Positions 29,581-40,451 of a stretch of DNA of 64,000 nucleotides are shown in pieces. The stretch covers positions 92,290 to 156,289 of the forward strand of contig NW_005201613.1 of NCBI RefSeq assembly GCF_000372725.1, given 5' to 3'. The DNA comes from Emiliania huxleyi CCMP1516 (Eukaryota). The notes under the pieces are model-generated. The model was not told the origin of the DNA, made no database searches, and worked only from the letters and a program-made list of their open reading frames with translations. The position numbers and the translations under genes are program-made. Numbering within the stretch: the first letter of the stretch is position 1; each line of letters begins with the position of its first letter.

Positions 29581-31581
29581 ATGGACGACCTCCTCCCCGA
29601 CCTGACCGCCCTCGACGCGACGCACGCGCGTATCGAGCAGAGAGTCCGCGAGAGCTCGCGTGACGTCTCCCCAGTATTCCCACCACCGCCCGCCGCCGCA
29701 GCCACATGGAGCGCTCTTGTAGAGCAGAGCGGCGAGAGCGAGGAGGGCGTTGTCACCAGCGGAGGCGTCGACAGTGCACCTCAGGGGCGCGCATCGCTCG
29801 CCTCCATTTCTCTCAGCTCAGGGCGCGCGGAGCTCAGCACCAGCAGCGTCGAAGACGAGGGCGCGGGCGCGGCTGCGGCGGTCGCTGCAGGCCGCGCCGC
29901 CGCCGCGGAAGCCGCCGCCGCGGCGGAGGCGGCGGAGGCGGCGGCGGGGGTGGCGGCGGCGGCCGCGTCCGCGTCCGCCGCCGCGCCCACGCCCAGTGGT
30001 GGCACGCCAGCCGGCCGCGCCGATGCGAACGACGTGGTCGGCGTGCGCCTGAGCCGCGACTCGGGCGGTCTCTTCCGGCTGGTGCTCAAGCGAGCCGAGT
30101 CGGGCGAGGTGTACATTGGGGCGCTGCTGCCCTCCGACTCTGGTGACGGGCGCGCGCTGTTGCGGGAGGGCGAGGTCGTGGCTGCGATCGACGGCCTCAC
30201 GGCCGGGGCGGCTGGCTTTGAGGGGCTGTTGGCGCACGTCAAGGCGGCGGAGCAGAGCATCTTGCTGGAGGTGCGGCGGCGGCGGCAGCCGCAGGAGGAG
30301 GGCGGCGCGGTTCTCGCACATGCGCTCGGGCGGCTAGGCCTCGCTCGCCTGCACCTCCCGCCTCGCGCCTCCGCCCACGCGCCTCGCGACCCGAGGGGCG
30401 GTGCGGATGATAGGCTTGGGGCAAGAGGCGGCGGCAGGCGTCGCGTCCGCCGCAGTCGAGCGCGGAATCGACCCGGCGGCGGCGGCGGGGCTGGCCGAGA
30501 ATTTGCACCGCAAGGGCGAGGAGATGAAGCTGGGCTGGCAGAACGCGGCCACCCAGATCGGAGGCTGGTGGCGCGACCGAACAGAGGCGGCGCAGGAGAA
30601 GATCGAGGCGATCAAGCAGGCGGCCTGGCCTGCCGGGTCCCTCGCGTCCCCCTCGCGTCTCTGCCCCCCCCTCCCCCCCCTTCCCTCGCTGTGTCCCGCT
30701 GGTCTCGCTTCTCTCTCCGCCCCTCCCCCGCGGCTCGTGCGCTGTGTGTGCCAGACGGCCCTCTTAAACAGGCGGCCGGGCCCGCGCTGCGAGAGACGAG
30801 CGAGGAGGTGGGGCACACGCTGCAGCAGATGCGCGAGGAGGTCGCACTCAAGGCCGAGGGCGTGCTCCACCGAGTCGCACCGCCGCCGGCGCGGCCAGGC
30901 GACCCGCCCCCTCCGCCGCGCACGCCGCCGAGTCGGCCGCTCTGCGTTGCGTGGGCGCCGACATCGGCGCCGGGCGCGGAGGCCGGAGGGGTGGGGGCGG
31001 CTGCGGCGGCGCGGGCGGCGGCGGCGCGGGCGGAGGGCGCGTCTCGCGCCGCAGCGTCCCTCTTCTCGGCGTCGGGCGGTGCGCTTGCCTCTGCGGCGCC
31101 GCTTGGCGTGGTGGCGGAAGCTCGCATCTCGAGTTTGGGATGGGGCGATGCGGGGCTCGCTCGGCGGGCGCGCTGTGCGCGGGCCAAAGGCTCGCCGACG
31201 CGTCCCAGGCGTGCGGAGTAGGCGACCCCGTGATCGACGAGGCGTTGGTGGTGGCACGCGGCGACGGCGGCGGCGGCGGCGACGGCGGCGGCGGCGGCGG
31301 CGGCGGCGGCCAGAATTACACCGAGGAGCAGCTCCTGCAGATGGACGAGGACAAACGAACGCGCGGACGATGGTAACACCCTCGAGGTCTCTCGGAGCAC
31401 ACCTCAGCATTGCCTCTCATAGGACGCGCTGCTGCAGATGGTGTTGCAGCAGAGCGCCGTCGAGGCGGGCCTCGCCGCGCCGGCGGCGTCCGCGCCGCCG
31501 CCGCCGGTGCTCGCGACGCAGGTGCCGCCGAGCGCGCAGCTCGAGCACGATGCGCCACCCATCGTCGCCGAAGTCGACTGA
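29581..31581 (+). CDS. PDZ-domain protein (multi-exon, boundaries approximate)
   Basis: VRLSRDSGGLFRLVL..VYIGALL..LLREGEVVAAIDG..LLAHVKAAEQSILLEVRR is PDZ-like. Intron 30620-30771 and others inferred. Confidence 0.7.
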
Positions 31582-31737
31582 CCCTGTCGTGTGTTGCACA
31601 GTGATCGTGGGGCGGGCGCGCGCGCTTGGTGTGGTCTTTTGCTCTTGGTGTGTTTGTCACACCTTAAAGGAACAGAGAGTGTTCGTTTTTTGTACTTTAA
31701 ATGTAATCGTCATGTGAGACAGTTCCTCTCAGGATCC

Positions 31738-34700
31738 TCACGACGGACTCTCTTTCAAAGGAACCTCGTAGCAGCCGAGTTTGATGCCGTCCGGCGGCAG
31801 CGGCGCGGCTCCGACGTCCTCAACGTCGGCGACGCCTGTCCCGACGGCGATCGTGTCGTTGACGATCGATAGAGGGCGCGCAAAGAAGCCGCCGTTGGCG
31901 CGTCGTCTATAGACCATCTTGCCCCGCATGAACTTGTTACGCGCAAACGGGCTCGACCACTCCTCGAGCCAGACCAGGCACAGGTGGTACCGCTCGCCCG
32001 TGGCCACGGACTCGATCCAAGCGGAGCTCAGCCCTGAATCGCTGCCGAAACCAAAGCGGAGGGCACCGCGGCTGGCGCGCAAGCCGTCCTCGCCGTCCCA
32101 CAGCTTTGCGATCGGGCCGTAGACCGCCTTGGAGCGGCCGGGGTCGTTTTTGTGCGGGCCGCGGGAATGGCGGTGAAGGGTCTGCGCCTCGAGGCTGCTC
32201 GCCTCCCCCTCGCGCGGCTTGACCCACCAAAAGTCGAGCGCCTGCCCGCCGCCCTCGCCGGCGTCCATCGCGGTGAACATTACTACCTGCATGCCCGCCA
32301 GCATCGAGGGGCAAGCGCCCGCCACAAGGAAGAGGGGCCTCCCTCGCACGGAGCTGCTGAGGTCGGACACCTGCGGCGCGGCGCCCGACGCGATGGCCTC
32401 GAGAAGCGGGCTCGTCCATCGGTAGTGCGACGGCCTGTTGCGGTTTGACAGGCGCGCGAGCTGCGCCTCCACCTCCGCTGGGAGCGCCCCCGCAGCGATC
32501 GGCATCGGCGCGGGCCACCGATCGGCGGCGGCGGCGCGCAGGTCTGGAGAGGACATCGAGGTGCTCATCGCGCTGCGAGGCGAGGGCTGCTTCCGCCCGA
32601 CCGCCGAGTCGTCCTCCGCTGGGAGGGGCGGCGCGTCCCTCAGAGGCGGCGGAGGCGGCGGCGGCGGCGGCGGTGCCTCTGCGCCTTGCGACGGTGGCAT
32701 CTCCAGTGGCGGCGACACCGGCGGCGGCGGCGGCGGCGGTGGCGCCACAGCAAGCGTCTCCTCCCGTCTGGTCGGCGGCGCCTCCTCCAGCGCAGCGAGC
32801 GAAGCGGCAGAGGCAGTCCGACCGAAGGGGCCGGTAGCGTTAGCGTCGAGGTTGCTATGCCAGCAATCTAGGCTACCGAACAGGATTGACTCCAGCTCGC
32901 CTCCGCCGCCCGCCCGGTCGGGAGGCGTTCCTGGCGCTAGCGTGTCGGAGGCCTCCGGCGCCTCCACCTCGACCGAGATGCCGCCGCCGGGAGCCAGGGG
33001 AAACGCAAGCAGCCGACGCACGGCGCGAGTCGCGGCGGCGCTGGTCTTGTGGAAAAGCGCCGCCGCAGCTACCTCGCAGACCTGGTCGGTCACCGCCGCC
33101 TCCCGAAGAATGAGCAGCACCGCCACGGCGACCTGCCTGCGCGCCGCCGGAAGGGCCTCGATCGCGGCGGCAGCGGCATGCGCCGCCAGCTCGGCGTCGT
33201 CAGGCTCGGGAGGCGGCCGCGACTGCGGCAGTTGCAGCAGCGGCGCGGGCATCGCGCGAAGCCAGCGATCGAGGATCGCGGCGGCAAAATGCGACGGCTC
33301 CGACCCTCGCAGCGGCAAGCCCGCGTCCCACGGGTCCTCTCTCCGCCCGGCTCCCGCCCCGTGGACGCGCCCCCCCCCCTCCCCCCCGTCTCCCCCGTCC
33401 CCCTCGTGCGCGCAGAGCCGCGCCTCGAGCGCGTCCACCGCCGCCTCGTCGCGAGCCACAGAGAGGTCTTCCTCGAGCCGCCGGCCGCGCAGCGTCTTGC
33501 CGCACGCACGCACCAGGCGGAGGGCGCGCCGCGCGCCGAGGGCCTCCACGCTGCTGCCAAAGAGGTCGCAGGGGGGAGCCTGCGACGCTGATGCCTCGAC
33601 GCCTGGCAGCGGGGACGGCTCGGCGGCCGACACGAACGAGTCGCATGTCCGCTCGCCGGCGAGTGGCGGCGGGCGCGCGGCCGGCTGCCGCTCGCCGGCC
33701 GGTTCCTCGTTGGACCGAGGCTCGACGAGCAGCCAATCGCCCTCAACGCCGCAAGGCGGGGAGCCGGAGGAGCCGCGCGGCGGCGAGCCGCCGACGGTGC
33801 CGGCGGGTGCCTCGTCGCGGCCACCGCGCGGCCGGCGCAGCACGAGCGGCTCGCCGAAGCGCGCGCGCGCCGCGGCGAGCAGCGCCTGAAGGCCCAAGCT
33901 CGGTCATCTCGTGAGCTGTCGTGAACGTCTCGCCAATCCCACTCGGGTGCTCTCGCGGCGGCGCCTCCTCTTCTGACGACCACTGCGACGGCAACTCGCC
34001 GCGGCCGCCTCCGTCGGCTGCGGAGGAGGGCTGCGCTCCGGCGGAGGCCTCCGGCGCAAAGAATGGCGAGCGGAGCATCGCGGCGATCGTGGGCGCCTCC
34101 GTCGCCTCTGGCGGAGGCAGAAAGATGGAGCGCAGCAGCCGCCACGCGTGGTGCGATGCCGGGTCTGCCGCGGCGGCGGCGGGCTCGCCAACGGCGGCGG
34201 GCTCGCCGCTGCCCTCCCACCGCGCGAGCGCGGCGTCGCTCAGGCTCGCGCCGGCCACCATCTCGTAGAGGAGGTGCGCGGCGGCGAGGGTCGAGGGCCG
34301 CACGCGAAAGGGCTCCGTGGCCAGCGGGTGCGGCCGCGGCTTGGCGAGCAGCTCGTGGTAGGGCGGGAGGCCGAGGAGCGGGAGCTCGTACTCGGAGAGG
34401 CGGCAGGCGTGCTCGTCGAGCAGCACGTTGCCTGCGTGCAGGTGCGAGGCGGGCAGCCCGCGCGCCTCGAGCGCCGCCGCCGCCGCCAAGACGCGGCGCC
34501 CGACCGACGAGGCGAGGCGGGCGGGAAGCGGGACGGCGCTGCGCTCGAGGGCGGCGTTGAGGCGGGGCGGAGCCGACCCGGAGTGGCGGCTGCTTCGCTC
34601 CGCTGCGAGCGCGGCGGCCGATGCGGCGGCGGTGAGGACGGCCGAGGCGGGATGGCTGAGCAGCGCGGTCCCATACTTGACAGAGGAGGGCAGCGTGGGC

Positions 34701-35732
34701 GTGGAGACGGCGTGCATGTGATCGCGAAGCGAGCCGCGCGGGAGGAGGCGGCGGAGGACGAGCACGCGCCGTCGCCTCGGCAGCGCCTCGGCGTGGATCG
34801 GCGGCAGCAGGCCGGGGACACCCGAGCCAGCGAGCTGCTCGAGGATCGAGTGGAACGCTCGCGGCGCGGCGCCTAACGGCGGGCGGCCCGCCGGTCGGGG
34901 AGCTGTGCGTTGAGCACCGCCCGGCTCGGCTCGCTCTCGCGCCCTCCCACAGCGGCCAGGCGGTCGGAAGCTGCAGCAGGCTCAGCAAAAGCAATGCGCG
35001 GCCGCCGTTCTCGCCGCTTCCGCCGCTTCCGCCGCTTCCGCCGAGGCCGGCGAGGCCGCCACCGCCGGTGGGCGCGAGCGCCGACGCACGGTACGGGTCG
35101 ATGAGCGGCCCAGAGCGCGCAAACGACTCGTCGGCGCTCGCAGAGGCGCACAGGTACCACACCTGCGGCACGTGTGAGCTCTGAGGTTGGACACCTGCGG
35201 CAGCGGTAGCCGCCCGGGGAGAGTGTCGCACTGGCACCTTGGTGATTCGGCTGGCGCGCATGTTGCGCGAGCCCATGTGCGCAAGCTCGGTGCAGGGCCG
35301 CGGCGCAAGGAGCGAGGAGCGCTCCCGCAGGATCGCCGCCACCTCCGCCGCCTCCGCCTGCAGCGCGCTGAGCAGCGATCCAAGGACGCGGTGCCACGAG
35401 CGGAGCTCGGCTGCGGAGGAGGCGCGAAACATGAGCGGAGCGCCGCCGGGGACGGTGATTTGGAGCGTCTCGCCGTCGGAGGCGTCGAGGCGCAAGGAAG
35501 AGTGAAGTAGCACCGCCCTCTGCTCCTTTTCCCCTCCGTCCAGCACGGCCGCAGTCCGCAGCCACGCGAGCACCTCTGTTGTGAGCACGACGAAGCGGGC
35601 GTTCCACACGTGGAGCCACTCCGAACGCTTGAGGAGCGGGCCGGCCAGGAGTGCGCCGTCGGCGACCGCGGTGCTCGCCGTCGAAGCAAGGGACTGATCC
35701 CGCGAGTGGTCGCGCGACGCCGCCCTGGACAT
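31738..35732 (-). CDS. PH + Slob/PXK-like pseudokinase + RhoGAP-like multidomain protein (multi-exon)
   Basis: PH: AGPLLKRSEWLHVWNARFVVL..FRASSAAELRSW. Kinase-like: GSLRDHMH..HLHAGNVLL..RLSEYELPLLGL. RhoGAP-like: LFGSSVEAL..AAAILDRWLRAMPAPLL. Introns ~35162-35237, ~34873-34942, 33886-33964. Confidence 0.75.
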
Positions 35733-35771
35733 ATGTGTCTGCCAGTAGAGAACCAGAAACCGCATGAGGGT

Positions 35772-37569
35772 GTTCGGGTTTGGGTGTTTTCAGTGCGTTT
35801 CAAGCGAGCCAGCCTGTGGCAGAACACTTCGCTTCGCGCTGCAGCGCTTGGGCCACCGCCCTGGCCATGTGCGAGCTTTTGCCGGCCACGGCGGCTACCA
35901 AGAGGATGGGCCCGGGCTCTGGCGCCGCGAGCACGGTGCCACCTCGACGAGAGCAGGCCTGAAGCCGCCCGGCGCTCGCCGCGCTGCCCACGCCAGAGAC
36001 TGGCTTGCTGCCGCACCACCTCTCGTGACTGTACTAGGCGGGACGGAGGTCGACACTGGTCAGCACCGCGGCTGGTGACGCCGCGAGGCGCCCGCCAACT
36101 CTCGGCGACGGCGAGACGATGCAAGATGTGCAGCTCTCGGCAGACGTCGAGGCGCTCGAGCTGCGGTGCAACGAGCCGCTTCGCTCCCGTACGACCCGCT
36201 TGTACAGTGACAAGTGTGTGTGGCACGGCTCGCTCCCGTACGACCCGCTTGACTTCCTCACCAGGGTGCGCCGCTTGCGCGCACGCACACCTATTGCCCG
36301 CCGCACACGCGCACCCTGCCACAGACACGTCGATGTCGCGCACTGCTCAGGTGGGGCAGACGTTCCCAGGCTCGACGCCTGAAAGTGTTGTCCTATCATC
36401 CGCGCTCGTCGGCGACTCGACCGACTTCCCCAGCGAGAGTGTTGCGAGCAACAGGGTCGCCACGATATCAGCGGCCGTGATGCGCGGTGGAGACTGGAGT
36501 TCGCGCGAAAGGTCAAAGGGGACGGACGTCGGTTCTTTATTTTTTTGCCTGCCAGTGATCATTCCCCGCGAGTACGCGAGTAGCAAACATTCATAAAAAG
36601 ACAAAATCTGCGTGCAAGGACCAAACACACATAACACAGCCACGACACACGCCCGAACGAGGGTGTGCAACGCCTCACGCGGCCGCCACGCGCGGCGGCG
36701 CGCGCGCCGAGCCGCAAGCAAGCCGGCGCGTGACACCAGTGTCTCCCGTCGTCAACACGGGACATTGTCACCGCCGCGGGAACGTAGTCGCCACGGGTGT
36801 GCAACTACGAGACGCGGCCGTCCGGGCCGCAGCTTGCCTGGTGAGGAGTGATCTGTCGCTGCGCAGCTCAAGCCGCCGAGGCGACCCTGTTGCTCGCAAC
36901 ACTCTCGCTGGGGAAGTCGGTCGAGTCGCCGACGAGCGCGGATGATAGGACAACACTTTCAGGCGTCGAGCCTGGGAACGTCTGCCCCACCTGAGCAGTG
37001 CGCGACATCGACGTGTCTGTGGCAGGGTGCGCGTGTGCGGCGGGCAATAGGTGTGCGTGCGCGCAAGCGGCGCACCCTGGTGAGGAAGTCGAGCGTGTAG
37101 ACGGGAGCGAGCCGTGCCACACACACTTGTCACTGTACAAGCGGGTCGTACGGGAGCGAAGCGGCTCGTTGCACCGCAGCTCGAGCGCCTCGACGTCTGC
37201 CGAGAGCTGCACATCTTGCACCGTCTCACCGTCGCCGAGAGTTGGCGGGCGCCTCGTGGCGTCACCAGCCGCGGTGCTGACCAGTGTCGACCTCCGTCCC
37301 GCCTAGTACAGTCACGAGAGGTGGTGCGGCAGCAAGCCACTCTCTGGCGTGGGCAGCGCGGCGAGCGCCGGGCGGCTTCAGGGCCTACTCACGTCGAGGT
37401 GGCACCGTGCTCGCGGCGCCAGAGCCCGGGCCCATCCTCTTGGTAGCCGCCGTGGCCGGCAAAAGCTCGCACATGGCCAGGGCGGTGGCCCAAGCGCTGC
37501 AGCGCGAAGCGAAGTGTTCTGCCACAGGCTGGCTCGCTTGAAACGCACTGAAAACACCCAAACCCGAAC
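35772..37569. repeat. Long inverted repeat: ~690-bp arms, ~418-bp spacer
   Basis: 35772-36461 is the reverse complement of 36880-37569 with scattered mismatches and indels. Confidence 0.95.
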
Positions 37570-38651
37570 TCATTTGTTTTTTCGTCGCAACAACAGCCCC
37601 CAGGTTGCAAAGAGACAAGGAGGGCCCACAGCACACACACCAAGAGTACATGCGCTGCACTGGACATCAGAGGGCCAAGGGTTGGATCAAGCAGTGGGTG
37701 GGCAGGGACTCGAGGTGACGCGCGAGCAGAGAGAGACCCTACCTACACCTCCACGCGCTCCGCACCGCCGCGCCGATCTCGGGCGGCGCGCATGCGCACC
37801 CAGGCCGCTCGCGCGCCGTCACGCAGAGTCGCGCGTTGCTGACGCAAGAGGCCGTGGGCGAGCTGCTCCCACTTGATCGCAGGAGCAGCCGCAGGTGCCG
37901 CAGCCTTGTGCTGCCGGAAGTTCTCGAGCCGGTGCGCGCAGCTGGCCTTGCCGCCGCGCGCACGCCGCTTTGGCGCCACGGGAGCGATCTTGTTGCTCAC
38001 TGCCAGCACTCCGCACGCCTCCTCAGAGGCCTTGCCCACCTCTCCAGATGTTGCGAGGACGCCACCCGGGCACCCGGCATGGCCGGTCCTGTCATGGCGT
38101 GGAGCCTTGATGACGCTGCGACCGCGTGCAAGCACGAGCCCAGGATCGTGCGTGAGCACGCTCGCAAGGCGGACGGTATGGCAAGGCCAGCTCCGTGGCC
38201 GTGGGCTTCTGTAACGAAGGGCCCGCCGCTCCGCCTACGCCGGCGATGACCCTCTCGGCAGAGCGACATCGCGAGCACCGGGCAGAGAAGGACGCAGAAG
38301 CGGTTGGATGGAGAGGCAGCCGGCGCACGAGGAGAGGCAGCCGATGGAGCCGACGAGGCGAGTAGACACGAGTTGACCTTTCTGCCCCCCCCCCCCGGGG
38401 GGGGCACAAGCCCTCACCCGGGCGTCCCCCGCACCCTTCCCCTTAGAGCCACCCACCCACTAGTATTGATTGATTGATAGGAGCGAAACACAGTCTGGCT
38501 CCTACTGGGACACCAACGCGGATGGGCCCCGCGGTCCCTCGCGGCAGCGCGATGCCGTGGGTTGGCTCGTAATGAATCAAATCCGACGTCACGTAAAGTA
38601 CGACGCCGCACATCAGCCGGCCGAGCGCGTTGCGCTCGCAGACGCCTCGCC

Positions 38652-39878
38652 ATGGTGAACGTCCTGGGTGGCATTGCAATGCACTACTATGCGAGCATGT
38701 GCGCCGAGGAGGGGATGGCCGCGCGCGCACGTGCAAAGAGGGAGGGTCGGCGGGTCGGCTCGGTGGGCTGGGACCCAAAGGAGCGCAACTTCATCATTTG
38801 TTGGGTGATGCTGCCTTTGATACTGTCGGGCTGCGCCTTCGTCTATAGAGAGAACACCAAGGTTGGCGCAACAGGATTCCCCATCAGGGTGACGGCGGAC
38901 GACGTCGCCGCTGGCATCCGGCTGGAGGGGCGCACCGCGTTCGTCTCGGACGCCACTGCAGGTGCTGGATGGGAGACGGCACGAGTCCTCGCCGCGGGTG
39001 GCGCGCACGTCCTCGTGGGCGGGAGTACCGCGCACGAAGCTCGTGGCACAGTCGAGACTCTCCGGCGCGAGACCACGGAGGGGAAGTTCTCCCCTCTGCC
39101 TTGCGGCACGAGCAACCTCGATGCCGTGCGAGCGTGTGCTGAGGCTGCCCGGGCTGCCCTGCAAGAGTCGGGAGCCGCCTTGGACGTGCTCATCCTCAAC
39201 GCACGCAGCCGCTCCATCGGTGCGGCGGTCGATCTCTCCGCCTTCCCGCTCACCCTCGGCATAAACCACCTCGCTCATTTTGAGCTCAGCAAGCTGCTGC
39301 TCCCACTCTTGCTTCAAGCAGCCGCGCCGCGGGTCGTTGTCATTCCGTCGGTGATAGCCAAGCCCGATCCGACGTCGCAGATGGGCTCGTACGTGCGTGT
39401 TGGCGGCACACGCTGGTTGACGCCGCTCACGGAGCTCGGCCGGCTCATGCCGTTCAACGTACCCGAAGGAGGGGCGCCGGACGAGGAGAGCCTAGCTGAG
39501 CTTCTCCGCTCCGCGGCCGATGAGGCGGCAGCCGGGGCCGCCTTGATGGGCCACGTGGGCGACACCATTCTAGCGAGCGCGCTGCATGCAAGGGAGCTGC
39601 AAAATCGCTATGGCGCGCAAGGTCTCGCTGCCTTTGCCGTCGACGCGGTCAACTTTTGCTCCAAGATCACCGCAGGGCGCAAGATGCAGTGCGCGTCACG
39701 AGGCGCCGCCACCCAAGTATACTGCGCCCTCCTAGCCCCGGCGGATCAGTCGGGTTCGATGTTCCGCAACATGGAGCCGGCAAGCCTGGGCGACCCTCGC
39801 TTGCAAGCCATTCTCGACGACCCTCGCGCGCCCGGCTTTTTCTGGGAGCACTCCACGCAGCTGGCGCAAGGCGCGTGA
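38652..39878 (+). CDS. Membrane-anchored retinol-dehydrogenase/WWOX-like SDR, catalytically degenerate
   Basis: LEGRTAFVSDATAGAGWETARVLA, LDVLILNA, GINHLAHFEL..LLPLL, PRVVVIPS, GAATQVYCAL. N-terminal TM; no YxxxK motif. Confidence 0.85.
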   Translation: MVNVLGGIAMHYYASMCAEEGMAARARAKREGRRVGSVGWDPKERNFIICWVMLPLILSGCAFVYRENTKVGATGFPIRVTADDVAAGIRLEGRTAFVSDATAGAGWETARVLAAGGAHVLVGGSTAHEARGTVETLRRETTEGKFSPLPCGTSNLDAVRACAEAARAALQESGAALDVLILNARSRSIGAAVDLSAFPLTLGINHLAHFELSKLLLPLLLQAAAPRVVVIPSVIAKPDPTSQMGSYVRVGGTRWLTPLTELGRLMPFNVPEGGAPDEESLAELLRSAADEAAAGAALMGHVGDTILASALHARELQNRYGAQGLAAFAVDAVNFCSKITAGRKMQCASRGAATQVYCALLAPADQSGSMFRNMEPASLGDPRLQAILDDPRAPGFFWEHSTQLAQGA

Positions 39879-40451
39879 GAGGAGGCCGGGTGCTGCAGCA
39901 CTGGCGACGGCGGGCGTTGCGGGTGAGATTTCTGACCGCGCCTCCCACCTTGGCCCACCTCGACGCCTTCGAGTGAGCGCCCCGCGGCTGTGCCTCTTTC
40001 TTTTGGTGCCTGTGACGGACCTGTGTCGGCGAGAGAGGAAGGCACCGTGGAGCACCCCACTTGGAGTGCGGTCAGCAACCTCGCACCCACTTCCGGCGGG
40101 GAATGGGTGTATTAGGGGGGGCGTTCCCCGCCTGCGCCGAGTCGCCCATGGTGCATGGAGCTTGCTAATTCGGGACGCGTCGACGCCGACGGTTAAAGAG
40201 CGGAGAAAGGGGAGTTGTATTCTCTTTACCAGTGCGCACCACTTCCGTCACCCGTGCCCAGAATATTTGTCCCGCGGGGAGCGAGAGTTCTTCTTTGCGC
40301 CGTGTGAAAAAACAAATTTTCCGGGTTTCGCTCGCGGCTCTTCGAGAAGGCAACTGCCACAGCGTCGCCCGGGCAACCCAGCCGGGCAACCCAGCTACCA
40401 ACCGTAGCTCCGTCGTGATCGTCTCTCGGACCGCCCTGCGCGTGAGACGAA

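Noticed and set aside
35772..35786. Telomere-like gttcgggtttgggt
   Set aside because: Only two imperfect units; not an array.
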